Virus record (IMG/VR): IMGVR_UViG_3300028048_000038
Coordinates: 256,001-320,000 of that record
Source: a virus
Taxonomy: Duplodnaviria > Caudoviricetes
Length of the DNA stretch: 64,000 nt
Direction: 5' to 3' (one strand)
Part shown: positions 1-9,623 of the stretch, piece by piece
Layout of the letters: every line of letters starts with the position of its first letter
Position numbering within the stretch: the first letter of the stretch is position 1
The notes under the pieces: model-generated
Database searches by the model: none
Told to the model about the DNA's origin: nothing
The model's input: the letters and a program-made list of their open reading frames with translations, nothing else
Program-made: the position numbers and the translations under genes

Positions 1-107
1 GTAATTTTTTTTCTATTGGCAACCTCTTTTTCATCCTCTTCCTTGAGCTGTTCATCAATTTCTCGAACTTTCTTGATTGCCTCTTCATTTGCTTCGTAAT
101 CTATCAT
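1..107 (-). CDS. hypothetical protein, partial (MIDYEANEEAIKK...), runs off window edge
   Basis: ATG at 107, open frame to base 1; in frame with the TAG of the upstream gene. Confidence 0.55.
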   Translation of the reverse strand, partial: MIDYEANEEAIKKVREIDEQLKEEDEKEVANRKKI

Positions 108-113
108 AATGCG

Positions 114-452
114 CTACTTTTTGCGATTCATTGATATTGAACCACCTCTTTTCAATGCAGGACCCATATCAACTTGATTTGTCTTTGCTTGAGTCACATC
201 ACCAAGATTATGTGCTTGACGCATGATAGGTTCACTAAATGCGTTTCCTCCTACTTTTTTTTTATTCTTTCCTCCAAAAGCAGGCGCATCAATATGGTTC
301 TTAGCTTGTCCAGCAGCACCACCTACATTGATACCAACACAGTTTGTAGCACCACCACCGCCAATTTCGCCATCTTCTTTCAATATTCTATATACAGCTT
401 CCTTTACAATATTATGTAAGTCGCTCTCTGTAAGTCTAATTATCTTGTTCAT
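114..452 (-). CDS. putative internal head/cargo protein with N-terminal RLTESDLH tag
   Basis: MNKIIRLTESDLHNIVKEAVYRILKE; late motif at 474-482. Confidence 0.7.
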   Translation of the reverse strand: MNKIIRLTESDLHNIVKEAVYRILKEDGEIGGGGATNCVGINVGGAAGQAKNHIDAPAFGGKNKKKVGGNAFSEPIMRQAHNLGDVTQAKTNQVDMGPALKRGGSISMNRKK

Positions 453-473
453 ATATAAACACATTTATTTTAA

Positions 474-482
474 TATAAATAT
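474..482 (-). promoter_or_regulatory. putative phage late promoter ATATTTATA (one of >15 copies)
   Basis: Same sense-strand motif shortly upstream of starts at 1813, 4663, 12307, 12418, 17602, 24429, 27924, 35576, 37068, 38404/38417, 44876, 44898, 48573, 49531, 54820. Confidence 0.7.
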
Positions 483-514
483 TACACTTATACCAAAATT
501 TTTATTTAGATAAT

Positions 515-542
515 AAAAAAGGGTGATTGACAATCACCCTTC
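515..542 (-). terminator. intrinsic terminator
   Basis: AAGGGTGATTG-A-CAATCACCCTT inverted repeat; A-run gives a U-tract on the minus strand. Confidence 0.7.
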
Positions 543-564
543 TCATTTATTGATAGATTTTATA

Positions 565-978
565 TTACTGTTGACTGTAATTTTGTGTGCTAAACGTTCT
601 TTGTTGAGCAGTTTGAAGTCTACCTTGAACTTTTTTCAATGTCATATCTAACTGTTGTTTAAGTTGTTCAATTGGGACTTCCAAATCTTGTGGGTCTAAT
701 ACCTTTATTGCATTAAGAGAATTCTCTATATTTGCTTTATGCTTTTGCATCATAGAAAGATTGCGTCCTGCTTGAGCTGTATTTTGAATATTTTGCCCTA
801 AATTTTGGATACCTTGTTTTGCTTGTGCAAATTTGTTTCCTACAGCTTGTTTTCCAGCTCCCCATAAAGCACTCCATGCCCCTTCATCCATACCATTTTC
901 CTTAAGGTATACTCTCACTGCATCCTCAACAAGCATGTGAAGGTCTTGTTCTGTCAATTGAATTGGTTTCTTTTCCAT
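565..978 (-). CDS. putative internal head/cargo protein (tag + Gln-rich helical region)
   Basis: IQLTEQDLHMLVEDAVRVYLKE...MDEG. Confidence 0.7.
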   Translation of the reverse strand: MEKKPIQLTEQDLHMLVEDAVRVYLKENGMDEGAWSALWGAGKQAVGNKFAQAKQGIQNLGQNIQNTAQAGRNLSMMQKHKANIENSLNAIKVLDPQDLEVPIEQLKQQLDMTLKKVQGRLQTAQQRTFSTQNYSQQ

Positions 979-983
979 ATCTT

Positions 984-1172
984 TTATCCTTCTATTTGTT
1001 CGTTGTTAGTTTCAGTATCACCAGAGGTAATCGGTTCTTCCTCATCAGGTCTGATGTATTTCTTATTCTTAATTTCCTTAACGTCCGAAATAGAGTATGA
1101 GTTTACATCATACATTGTATTATCATCATCAAATCCATAAAAATCAAGAGTTCTTACATTATTTTTTGCCAT
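984..1172 (-). CDS. small hypothetical protein
   Basis: ATG ORF packed in operon. Confidence 0.55.
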   Translation of the reverse strand: MAKNNVRTLDFYGFDDDNTMYDVNSYSISDVKEIKNKKYIRPDEEEPITSGDTETNNEQIEG

Positions 1173-1194
1173 TTTTTTTCTATTTTTATTAAGT

Positions 1195-1590
1195 TTATTT
1201 TACACTGAAATAGTCATTATATAGTTTCCTTATAAATGCTTTTTTCATTGGATTTCCAATCCTCTCCTTATCCTTCATTTCCTTCTTAATCCTCTCAGAC
1301 CAATCATATGTTACGTAATAACGAGATTCTTGCCTTCCAGTTGTTTCATCATATGGTTCATCAATCCTCTCATCCTTGGTGATAATCCCATAATCATAAA
1401 GTTTCTTTCTAAGTTCTCCATTATGAAGTCCACAGCCCTTTAAAAGCTCGTTTGGGACTGTTCCTATGGGGTCTTTGCGTATTCCCTCTATAAACGCAAC
1501 AACGCTGTCGTAAAAGTCTTGAAAAGGTGGTCTTCTGTTGTCCTCTAGGAGTCTGTTGAATACTGCCTCATTGATGTGTATTAACTTCAT
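1195..1590 (-). CDS. hypothetical protein with I-NE...RLLE tag variant
   Basis: MKLIHINEAVFNRLLED; ATGA overlap with upstream gene. Confidence 0.65.
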   Translation of the reverse strand: MKLIHINEAVFNRLLEDNRRPPFQDFYDSVVAFIEGIRKDPIGTVPNELLKGCGLHNGELRKKLYDYGIITKDERIDEPYDETTGRQESRYYVTYDWSERIKKEMKDKERIGNPMKKAFIRKLYNDYFSVK

Positions 1591-1796
1591 CTAGTTACTC
1601 CTCCCTTCCATGTGCTACTACGATTCCACAAGGTACGAAATAAGTCTTCAATTACATCTGCTGTTATGTCCTTAACTGCTTTCTTAAAGTCCCTTGAGTT
1701 ATAAGCAGAAGATAAGCGGTTGGATACAATTGATTCAACCTCAGTCTTGCTTATTTCCTCATTGATAATTTCTCTTATTCTGTTCTCTGAAATCAT
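1587..1796 (-). CDS. small putative prohead-associated protein
   Basis: MISENRIREIINEEI; late motif 1813-1821. Confidence 0.6.
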   Translation of the reverse strand: MISENRIREIINEEISKTEVESIVSNRLSSAYNSRDFKKAVKDITADVIEDLFRTLWNRSSTWKGGVTR

Positions 1797-1830
1797 ATAA
1801 CATTATTTTTTATATAAATATCATAATAAC

Positions 1831-1858
1831 AAAAAAAGGGTGCTATAGGTAGCACCCT
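1831..1858 (-). terminator. intrinsic terminator
   Basis: AGGGTGCTA-TAGG-TAGCACCCT plus A-run. Confidence 0.7.
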
Positions 1859-1874
1859 ATATCCATTTTTTCTT

Positions 1875-2294
1875 CTAGCATCTTTCTAAGTCCTCTCCTT
1901 TAAGAATCCTACTGAGTATTTTGATTCTTTCTTTATCGTTTAAAGAAACTTGTTTTAAATGTTCGTTTATTGTTTTATCAACTAATTCATTATATTTTTT
2001 AAGGGCTTCTTTCAAATTTGTGAAAAGAAACTCTTCTTGACCTTTAAATTTCCCACCTATTTGTACTAAGCCATTTGAGTCTTTTGGTTTAGATGGAACA
2101 AAATATCCATTAGGGTGATAAGTGTGTACGTGTTGCCCTCGCAAAATTGGCATACCATCTAGACCACCTCCTTTTATAGTGTCTCTTTTGCAATCGGCAA
2201 ATACGTTAATGCCAACATAATCATTTTCTTGCGATTCAACTTCATAAACAGTTGGCAAACATTTTCCAATCGTAAGTTCTTCAATTTTAATCAT
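1875..2294 (-). CDS. hypothetical protein (early cassette)
   Basis: 139-aa ORF in the unit downstream of the promoter at 3566-3597. Confidence 0.6.
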   Translation of the reverse strand: MIKIEELTIGKCLPTVYEVESQENDYVGINVFADCKRDTIKGGGLDGMPILRGQHVHTYHPNGYFVPSKPKDSNGLVQIGGKFKGQEEFLFTNLKEALKKYNELVDKTINEHLKQVSLNDKERIKILSRILKGEDLERC

Positions 2295-2403
2295 AATTCT
2301 TTATTATTTAAAGTGTTGACCTATTTTGTGAATAAACGATTTATAAGTTCTCTCTTTTCCATGTAATAGGCATTGTTTTCATTTATTATCATAACTTTCT
2401 ATT

Positions 2404-2796
2404 TTATCTATTATCTAAGACCATCCAAGTGTAATACTTGTATTCGTCTTTCTGTTCATGAACCTTAAAACCAACTGACTTGTAGAATTCAACTAGCTTG
2501 TCATCTGGAAATTCTCTTTCATACGTAGAATGAACAATCAAATAGATGAACTGCCCCTTTGTCTCTTCCTTTATATGGTTAAGCAACTCCCTTCCATAGC
2601 CTTTGCGTCTATGATTTGACCTAAATTCACCTAGATAGAAAATATCATCAGTACTTGGAAACCCTAAACGTTCTCTTCGAGATTTCTCCATATATACCCT
2701 ATTGATTTCTAGACTAGAAAGGCAAGCCCCATCTTCATTCTCCAAACGGTATCGAGTGGTTCTAAGATTCAAATGCTTAACTGTTAATTTGTTCAT
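2404..2796 (-). CDS. GNAT-family acetyltransferase
   Basis: HRRKGYGRELL acetyl-CoA loop and LVEFYKSVGF C-terminal motif. Confidence 0.75.
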   Translation of the reverse strand: MNKLTVKHLNLRTTRYRLENEDGACLSSLEINRVYMEKSRRERLGFPSTDDIFYLGEFRSNHRRKGYGRELLNHIKEETKGQFIYLIVHSTYEREFPDDKLVEFYKSVGFKVHEQKDEYKYYTWMVLDNR

Positions 2797-3542
2797 TATT
2801 TCTTGATGATAAAATGTTTCTCTTTGTTGTCAATTAAATCCTCATACTTACCATTGTAGTACTCAGCCTCCTTAATCTGGTACTCTGCATAATCCTTGCT
2901 ACCTCTCTCAGCAAATTCCTTTGCTCTCTCAGCATGGTACTTAGCACAGTCCCTATTCCATTCAGCAAGCTTATCAACTTCATCCTTATCGATAATTTGA
3001 ACTAATCTGTATGTACCATCACCATTCTCTAATGCTGTAAATGTCTTATAGGTACAAGAATCATAGGTATTTTCTTCATCATTCCAGTTAAGATGTGGGT
3101 CGTAACCCACAACATCCTTTTCACTATAAATGTTGTCGAGATAATGGTGTACCAACTGTAAAGCAGTCTGTAAGCAAAGAATATAATTACCGAATGCATT
3201 GGTCTCCATAATGGTTTTATGATGATACTTAGGCATAATCTTTGCCTTTAAGATACTATCAAAGATATTATGCATCAATTCAATCACAATAACAGCTTGA
3301 GGGCATCTTTCTAGGCTTTCTTGATTGAAATGTTCGATGAATGTATTAAGCATATCTTTCATCTTATCCGCACAATCAGCATGGAAATCATTTGAAAAGG
3401 TGCGCCAGAATGGGTGCTCCTTAACCTCATCATGCTTCTTTCTAAGATGTTCCTTGAACTTATCTTCCCACCAAGCATCTACTTCTTCATCTGAAAGAGT
3501 TAATGCCTTTTTAACTCTTTCCTCTTTAACCTTTTCATCCAT
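2796..3542 (-). CDS. hypothetical protein (first gene of early cassette)
   Basis: 248-aa ORF directly after a host-type promoter. Confidence 0.65.
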   Translation of the reverse strand: MDEKVKEERVKKALTLSDEEVDAWWEDKFKEHLRKKHDEVKEHPFWRTFSNDFHADCADKMKDMLNTFIEHFNQESLERCPQAVIVIELMHNIFDSILKAKIMPKYHHKTIMETNAFGNYILCLQTALQLVHHYLDNIYSEKDVVGYDPHLNWNDEENTYDSCTYKTFTALENGDGTYRLVQIIDKDEVDKLAEWNRDCAKYHAERAKEFAERGSKDYAEYQIKEAEYYNGKYEDLIDNKEKHFIIKK

Positions 3543-3565
3543 TTCTTCTGAATTATTTTACGGTG

Positions 3566-3597
3566 CAAAGGTACGAAAAAAAATTGGACTGACCAAA
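3566..3597 (-). promoter_or_regulatory. Bacteroidota sigmaA-type promoter overlapping a hairpin
   Basis: TTTG-N20-TACCTTTG; inverted repeat ~3579-3614. Confidence 0.8.
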
Positions 3598-3622
3598 TAA
3601 TCAATCCAATTTTTAACAATTA

Positions 3623-4198
3623 TTAATCCTTGTTTTCTGCTCCTTTCTTTAGTTTTTCCATCAAATCGCCATCTTGAGTGATTGAATCCTTCCAATTTGA
3701 GAATGCATCCCTAATTTTACCCAATGTTCTTGCATTAGTATCTGTAAGCTGCATTGCATCACACCAGAGATAGCACCCGTCACCACTTGGGTCATTATAT
3801 CTAAACTGAAAATCAAGATTCAATGAAGGTATCTTACCGTCCAATGTCATATCATCAGCCTTTGGATAGTACTTCAAAGCATTCTCTGAAAATTGTACGT
3901 TATTGTTGATAGCCTTTCTGATTGCTTCCTCTTGTGATACCCTAACGTCACCAAATTGTGGCGTATTCTTTGTAATCTCAAAAGAGTCTTGGTGACTTTC
4001 ATCAACTTCCTCTTCCTCAGTTAAGATTTTTTTTTTACTATCGTCAACAGCCTCTTTCATTAGGATTTTAGCCCTTGTAATGAAGTTGTCCTTCTCTTCA
4101 CTCTCATTGACAAATTGTTCTGCTGCCCATTTTGCTTGCTCAATTCTACCCTTTCTTAAAGTGTCGAGCATCTTTCTTGTCATACTGTTCTCGCTCAT
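3623..4198 (-). CDS. hypothetical late protein with several x-E sites
   Basis: ATG at 4198 (MSENS); FVNE, LMKE, ILTEE. Confidence 0.6.
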   Translation of the reverse strand: MSENSMTRKMLDTLRKGRIEQAKWAAEQFVNESEEKDNFITRAKILMKEAVDDSKKKILTEEEEVDESHQDSFEITKNTPQFGDVRVSQEEAIRKAINNNVQFSENALKYYPKADDMTLDGKIPSLNLDFQFRYNDPSGDGCYLWCDAMQLTDTNARTLGKIRDAFSNWKDSITQDGDLMEKLKKGAENKD

Positions 4199-4203
4199 TT
4201 TTA

Positions 4204-4647
4204 TTAATAGTCTATTTCTACACCATTCCAAGAATAGCCAAACAAATGGTCTATCCTCTTTGGCTTCTTATTTTCTAGTTTAACACTCTTAAATGTCTCC
4301 TTGAATGCAGTTTCCTCGATTTCATCAACCTTCTTAAACTCAATGTTGTTTGATGGAATAATAACGCTTGGGTCTCCATTCATAAACTCAATAGCCTTTT
4401 CAATTTGTTCTTCTGTTGACTCATATTCAAGTTTCTTATTCTCTATGAATGGTTCTGCTGCCATGTTCTCGGCAATTGCGTCTAGATATTCTTGCTCAAT
4501 TGGTGGGTCTTGCTCAACCAAATTCATTTCAATCTCTTGTGATTCAATTATACTGTTTGCCACTTCTTCAATAACCTTTTTAGGGGTTGTTTTCTTACTT
4601 GTGGCTTTCTTAGTAGTTTTTTTCTTTGTAGTTTCCTTTTTTACCAT
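4204..4647 (-). CDS. hypothetical protein, Lys/Thr-rich N-terminus
   Basis: MVKKETTKKKTTKK; late motif 4663-4671. Confidence 0.6.
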   Translation of the reverse strand: MVKKETTKKKTTKKATSKKTTPKKVIEEVANSIIESQEIEMNLVEQDPPIEQEYLDAIAENMAAEPFIENKKLEYESTEEQIEKAIEFMNGDPSVIIPSNNIEFKKVDEIEETAFKETFKSVKLENKKPKRIDHLFGYSWNGVEIDY

Positions 4648-4673
4648 AGCTCTCTTATTATTTATAAATATCA

Positions 4674-5399
4674 TTATCCTAGCAATTCTTCCATATCATC
4701 ATACATCATCATTGATGAACGAAGTTTTCTGATGGCTGTTAATTTCACTTGTCTCACCCTTTCAGAACTGAGATTATATTTCTTACCAATCTCATTCAAT
4801 GTCAATTCTCTCTTATTACTTAGTCCATAATAATGTTCAATAATTTCTTTTTCCCTTGAATTAAGTGAATTTAGGAGCTTTCCGATTATCTCTCTCTGGT
4901 TTGCTCCCAATTCCTTCTTATATTCATCGGCTTCATTTGAAAAACCAACATCACCAATACCATTAATCATTTCATCTTCCTCATCAGCTATCTTACGTTC
5001 AAAGATGCTATCATTGGATTCTGTTGGGTCAATCTCAACCATTGTGATTATTCTCTTTCTCTTAATAGCTTCCAACATTCCTTGTCTTATCCACCATACA
5101 GCATAAGAAATAAATTTGACATCCTTCTCCTCATCGAACTTTTCGATAGCTCTCAATAGTCCCATATTCCCCTCTGAAATTAGTTCCGAAATGGAAAGTC
5201 CACGACCAGTATAATGTTTTGCAACATCAAACACAAACTTCAAATTTGCCTCCAATAATTCATTCTTGGCTTTTAGATTACCCTTTCTTGATAGTTTAAG
5301 TAACCTTTTTTCCTTTGCCTTTGTTAATGGTTTATATTTCTTTAAATCATTATAATAGACTTGTGTCGTTCTATTAAAGTCATTTACATATTGATTCAT
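4674..5399 (-). CDS. sigma-70 family (RpoD/RpoH-like) sigma factor
   Basis: Region 2 ANLKFV...ELISEGNMGL...KFISYAVWWIRQ; region 4 TLNEIG...SSERVRQ. Confidence 0.92.
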   Translation of the reverse strand: MNQYVNDFNRTTQVYYNDLKKYKPLTKAKEKRLLKLSRKGNLKAKNELLEANLKFVFDVAKHYTGRGLSISELISEGNMGLLRAIEKFDEEKDVKFISYAVWWIRQGMLEAIKRKRIITMVEIDPTESNDSIFERKIADEEDEMINGIGDVGFSNEADEYKKELGANQREIIGKLLNSLNSREKEIIEHYYGLSNKRELTLNEIGKKYNLSSERVRQVKLTAIRKLRSSMMMYDDMEELLG

Positions 5400-5416
5400 A
5401 TCGATTGGTTAAACAC

Positions 5417-7786
5417 TCATTTCAAAACAACCTTTGAAATGTTATTTTCCTTAACTACTGATATATGATTCTCACACATATCACGTACCTCATCAGAGTG
5501 ACTTATCAAGAATACTGCATCGTATTGTTTTGCAACTTTCTCAATAAGGCTTTTCATATTATCATAATTTGCTTTCGCTACACGTCCCCACAGCTCATCT
5601 AACGTAAGTATACTTGCTTTTGGGATTGTCGAAAGTTCTGAAAGTACTGCTCTCAAAGCTATTCCACTAGCTGTAAGTTCAAATCCGCTACCACTACTTA
5701 AATTCGAATAAACCCCATCCTTGATTAGATAGAACATAACGTCATTCTTCTGGTTTATTGCTACCTCAACATCAAAATCACATACATCATTCAATAACTT
5801 GGATAACTTTGCGTTGATTATTGGTAATGTCTTTCTGAGAACCATCTTCGAAATACCATCCTTGCCAACAAGTTCAAGATAAATCTTCCAATTTCGAACA
5901 AGTTTCTCTTCTTCTTGTAATTTTTTGATTACCTCTCGTCTATCCTCAACTTGCCTATTGTAGTTCTTTATCTCTGTCTCATTCCTTGTAATAACGCTTG
6001 TATTGGTTTCTTTGGTATTTCTTTTATCTCGTATAAATACATCATTATTGCGAATCTGAATATCAATTGCGTTGTTTTTATCAATTGCCTCACTGTTCTT
6101 ATCATATTCAGTCTTTGCTGATTTGTATTCTTGATACTCCGCACGCAACTTCTCAACATTAACCTCCAATGCTGCTTTTTTAATGGTTAGATTCGACTTC
6201 TTGTTGTATTTCTCTCTATCAACCTTTAGTTTCTCAATCTTCGCTGTTAATTTCGCCTTTAATTCACTCTTTTTCTTTCCGTCAACAGAAAGTCTCTCAA
6301 GTTCCTTAGTAAACTCAGATATCTTAGCTGAATTATCCACATTATCTAGCTTTCTTCCGCATGTAGGACAAATCTCACTAGATTTAAGATGCTGTATGTT
6401 ATGCTCGGTATTCTTATATCTCTCTCGCATAACTGCAATTTCCCCAGTAAGTTTTGTTAGTTCAGTCTGAACTTCATCATATTCTTCAACTGAGAAATCA
6501 ATATCGCCAATACTTTTTAACTCCCTACCAATATCTTCAATTTCTTCTTTCTTTTTCTTACCATTGAATATACTATCTTCTATTTTCTTATTCAATGTGG
6601 TAATATCAATCTTAAGAATATTGTTATCAATCACAGACTTTGAAGCCAACAAGGTTTCCTTATTCTTCTCTAAAGTTGTTATCTCATTATCTAAGGTCTT
6701 ATTTTCTTTCTCTAGCTTCTTAATTTCTTCAGTTAAAACTTTCTTCTGCAATTCAAATGCCTCAATCTCTTGGAGCATTGTTTCCTCATTGTATCTATTG
6801 GATAACAACATTGGCTTGATTTCAGAGTTGAATTTTTCCCTTGCTAGTTTGTCTTTTTCCTCAAGGGGTAGTAATCCTATCCATCTTGATAAAAGTCTTC
6901 CCCTATCGGCTTCTTTTTTGTTTACAAGGTCATCTAAAGTGGACTCTGTGACTGACATAATTAGGTCAAAGTCGCTTTCAATTCCTATTGCATCCTTAAT
7001 AGACTTATTGGTTTGTATTCCGTTTTCCTCTTGTTGATTCTCAATATCGTATTCCTCAAGTTCCTCTTTGGAATCGCCTACAATCTTATAATATTCAACC
7101 CTTTGGGTCGTTTTACTCTTATCACTTCTTCTATTCAATGACGGTCTTGATAATGTTCTCTTGATGACATAATCAGTACCATCAATATTAATACACCCTT
7201 CTACCTCAACATTGGTTTCATTTGGTAAGTGTTTGTTGAATATTTTATCTTGAGTATCAACCTTTTCAGTCTTACCAAACAGCAAGAAATGAATCAAGTC
7301 AATTGATAACGTTGTCTTTCCACTTTGGTTTTCACCACTTAATGAAGTAAGACCATGAATGTTTGTAAAATCAAAATAATTGTCAGAGCCGTAACTTAGG
7401 AAGTTACTCCAGCGTATCCACTTAATAGAGTATCTTTTATATTTATCATACACTTGATAGTCAATTTTTCCATTAATTTCAGCATCTATCTTCTTTATTA
7501 AATCAAAGTCATAATTTGAAATATTCTTTGTCTTGAGATAAGATTCGAACAACTTAATCTGAAATTGTGGGTCTTGAACGTTCTGTATCACATCAGTATT
7601 AAGAGAAATCTCCTTGCCTTCGTCATCAACCATTAAGAATTCAGGTATTACCTTAATCTTCTCCTTTGGAAGATTGTATTTCTTACTGAACTTTGCAATG
7701 ATTGATTTTTCCTTTTCCTTGTTGTAGTCATAAGGCGATACATTCCAATGGACATTGATTTTACTCTTGCTCTTTATATCTATCAT
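5417..7786 (-). CDS. sbcC: SbcC/Rad50/T4 gp46-like recombination ATPase
   Basis: Walker A GENQSGKTT, coiled coil with CPTCG hook, SGSGFE signature, LTLDE Walker B, ISH. Confidence 0.9.
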   Translation of the reverse strand: MIDIKSKSKINVHWNVSPYDYNKEKEKSIIAKFSKKYNLPKEKIKVIPEFLMVDDEGKEISLNTDVIQNVQDPQFQIKLFESYLKTKNISNYDFDLIKKIDAEINGKIDYQVYDKYKRYSIKWIRWSNFLSYGSDNYFDFTNIHGLTSLSGENQSGKTTLSIDLIHFLLFGKTEKVDTQDKIFNKHLPNETNVEVEGCINIDGTDYVIKRTLSRPSLNRRSDKSKTTQRVEYYKIVGDSKEELEEYDIENQQEENGIQTNKSIKDAIGIESDFDLIMSVTESTLDDLVNKKEADRGRLLSRWIGLLPLEEKDKLAREKFNSEIKPMLLSNRYNEETMLQEIEAFELQKKVLTEEIKKLEKENKTLDNEITTLEKNKETLLASKSVIDNNILKIDITTLNKKIEDSIFNGKKKKEEIEDIGRELKSIGDIDFSVEEYDEVQTELTKLTGEIAVMRERYKNTEHNIQHLKSSEICPTCGRKLDNVDNSAKISEFTKELERLSVDGKKKSELKAKLTAKIEKLKVDREKYNKKSNLTIKKAALEVNVEKLRAEYQEYKSAKTEYDKNSEAIDKNNAIDIQIRNNDVFIRDKRNTKETNTSVITRNETEIKNYNRQVEDRREVIKKLQEEEKLVRNWKIYLELVGKDGISKMVLRKTLPIINAKLSKLLNDVCDFDVEVAINQKNDVMFYLIKDGVYSNLSSGSGFELTASGIALRAVLSELSTIPKASILTLDELWGRVAKANYDNMKSLIEKVAKQYDAVFLISHSDEVRDMCENHISVVKENNISKVVLK

Positions 7787-7789
7787 TTC

Positions 7790-8137
7790 TTATTTCTTTT
7801 TAATAATTTGAATTTTTCGAACTGTTATCCCTTCTTTTCTTTCTTCAGTTGGTTTGCTTTCTTCTTTTTTAATTGTGGTTGGCTCTTCTCTTTTAGTTGT
7901 GGGTTGTTCTTCCACTCCTTTAATGTCAACTTCTTTTTTTCCATTTGTTCTCTTTATGTCTTTTATTCCCTTAGTTTCCCTTTCAACATTATCCTTTGGC
8001 GAAATACCAAATTTAACAATATTGAAGCCTTGAGATAAACATCGATTTGCAAACGCATTAATGTCCTCAATCTCATTTAATTCGCAATATTGACGAATCT
8101 GTCTCTCAAGCGTCTGGTTTACATACAATCTTCCCAT
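7790..8137 (-). CDS. hypothetical protein, probably leaderless
   Basis: ATG 4 nt downstream of TATCTTTG. Confidence 0.6.
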   Translation of the reverse strand: MGRLYVNQTLERQIRQYCELNEIEDINAFANRCLSQGFNIVKFGISPKDNVERETKGIKDIKRTNGKKEVDIKGVEEQPTTKREEPTTIKKEESKPTEERKEGITVRKIQIIKKK

Positions 8138-8141
8138 AATG

Positions 8142-8173
8142 CAAAGATATAAAAAATATTTTAATTTAACAAA
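8142..8173 (-). promoter_or_regulatory. Bacteroidota sigmaA-type promoter
   Basis: TTTG-N20-TATCTTTG. Confidence 0.75.
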
Positions 8174-8258
8174 TTTTAATGAATATTTTTTTAAATATTA
8201 TTTAAAATATTATTTTAAATTATTATTATTTTAATATATTATTTAATATTTTATCATT

Positions 8259-9032
8259 ATGAATAAAGAAGGAAAAGAAGTATATTTGTCTTTGGACGTT
8301 TCGACTGCTTGTATAGGTATCAGCATCATAATTGACGATGGCTCTGATTACGGCAAAATCGTTGAATTAACCCATATAAGCCCAAAGGTTTCAAACAAGA
8401 TTAAGGGAATAGAACAATTGTTTTTAAAGAAAAAAATATTTGAAGAATTCCTTATCAAATATAAGGACTTTGGAATTGATTATGTGGTTATTGAAGAGCC
8501 TCTTCTGAGGTCAAATAATGTAAACACAGTATCAACATTATTACGTTTCAATGGAATGGTCTCAGATTGCGTTTATAACGTATTAGGGATTGTCCCAAAC
8601 TACATATCATCCTATGAAGCAAGAGAGTATGCATTTCCAGAACTTATGGCAATAAGAAAGTATGGAAAAGATGAAAAACAATATCCTTATTCAAAAATTT
8701 ATAAGGAAATTAAAGATTGTAAATTGGTTTTATTCGGAAGTTATCCTTGGACAATTGACAAAAAAACAGTTCTTCAAGATAAGGTAGCTGATATATTTCC
8801 AGATATTGAATGGTTATATAATAAAAAGGGAGAACTTAAGAAGGAAAACTTTGATGCATGTGACTCATATGTTGCTTTCTTAGGATTCTTGAATAAAAAA
8901 CGACATGGGGAACTATCATTTTCAAGTGAAATCAATGGTGAAGCTAATGACGGAAAAGGAACTAGAGAAATTGATTATGTTGTAAGATATTGGAATAAAA
9001 AAGAACAAAGAAAAACATATGTTAATGAATAA
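8259..9032 (+). CDS. RuvC-like Holliday junction resolvase
   Basis: LSLDVST..IG, VVIEEP, FDACDS acidic motifs. Confidence 0.7.
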   Translation: MNKEGKEVYLSLDVSTACIGISIIIDDGSDYGKIVELTHISPKVSNKIKGIEQLFLKKKIFEEFLIKYKDFGIDYVVIEEPLLRSNNVNTVSTLLRFNGMVSDCVYNVLGIVPNYISSYEAREYAFPELMAIRKYGKDEKQYPYSKIYKEIKDCKLVLFGSYPWTIDKKTVLQDKVADIFPDIEWLYNKKGELKKENFDACDSYVAFLGFLNKKRHGELSFSSEINGEANDGKGTREIDYVVRYWNKKEQRKTYVNE

Positions 9033-9060
9033 AGCGAGACTCAACCAAGAATCTCGCTTT
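9031..9060. terminator. bidirectional terminator; near-identical inverted copy at 50743-50772
   Basis: AAAGCGAGA...TCTCGCTTT between convergent genes. Confidence 0.75.
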
Positions 9061-9065
9061 ATTGT

Positions 9066-9428
9066 TTATTCGTTTCCAAATTCTTTTTTAAAATATTCAA
9101 TTTCTTTCTTATTGGCATGTCTACCAAACTCTAAAAGTGTCCAGAGTCTACACATTGGCTGCGGAGTATCATATTTACTAGCTTTATCCAAATTAGTTAA
9201 TATCAATTGCTTACTTGCAGCGTAGCCACCACACACTTGAATCTCGTCAAGTCTGAAAAGATACTTATCACGATGCATGATAATGTCACCAATCTTGTAC
9301 TTTTTCAAGACCTTTTTCTTCTCTATCTCATGGAGTTCAAAATCGAGCGAATAAAGTTCATTATTTGTATCCTCAATGAGCTTCTTTTTTTTCTCTATAA
9401 GATTGAGTATTTCTTGTTCCCTATCCAT
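9066..9428 (-). CDS. hypothetical protein
   Basis: 120-aa ORF. Confidence 0.6.
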   Translation of the reverse strand: MDREQEILNLIEKKKKLIEDTNNELYSLDFELHEIEKKKVLKKYKIGDIIMHRDKYLFRLDEIQVCGGYAASKQLILTNLDKASKYDTPQPMCRLWTLLEFGRHANKKEIEYFKKEFGNE

Positions 9429-9622
9429 AAATTACTCCTAATGTTACAACAACTCCAAATAAAACCATAACAGCAAGTCCAGTTCCAATTTCACCAAAGT
9501 TGAAATTCAACTTGTAACTATGAAAGTTTCCACAAGTGGCAAGAATGCCCTTCAGTTCCTTACACATCTTCAGATGCTATAATGCATGCAATAATGATAA
9601 ATATAATTAATGTTGCACTCAT
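9421..9622 (-). pseudogene. frameshifted small membrane protein
   Basis: MSATLIIFIIIACIIAS.. stops at codon 21; a shifted frame continues LKMCKELKG...LAVMVLFGVVVTLGVIYG* and overlaps the next start. Confidence 0.5.
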
Positions 9623-9623
9623 A

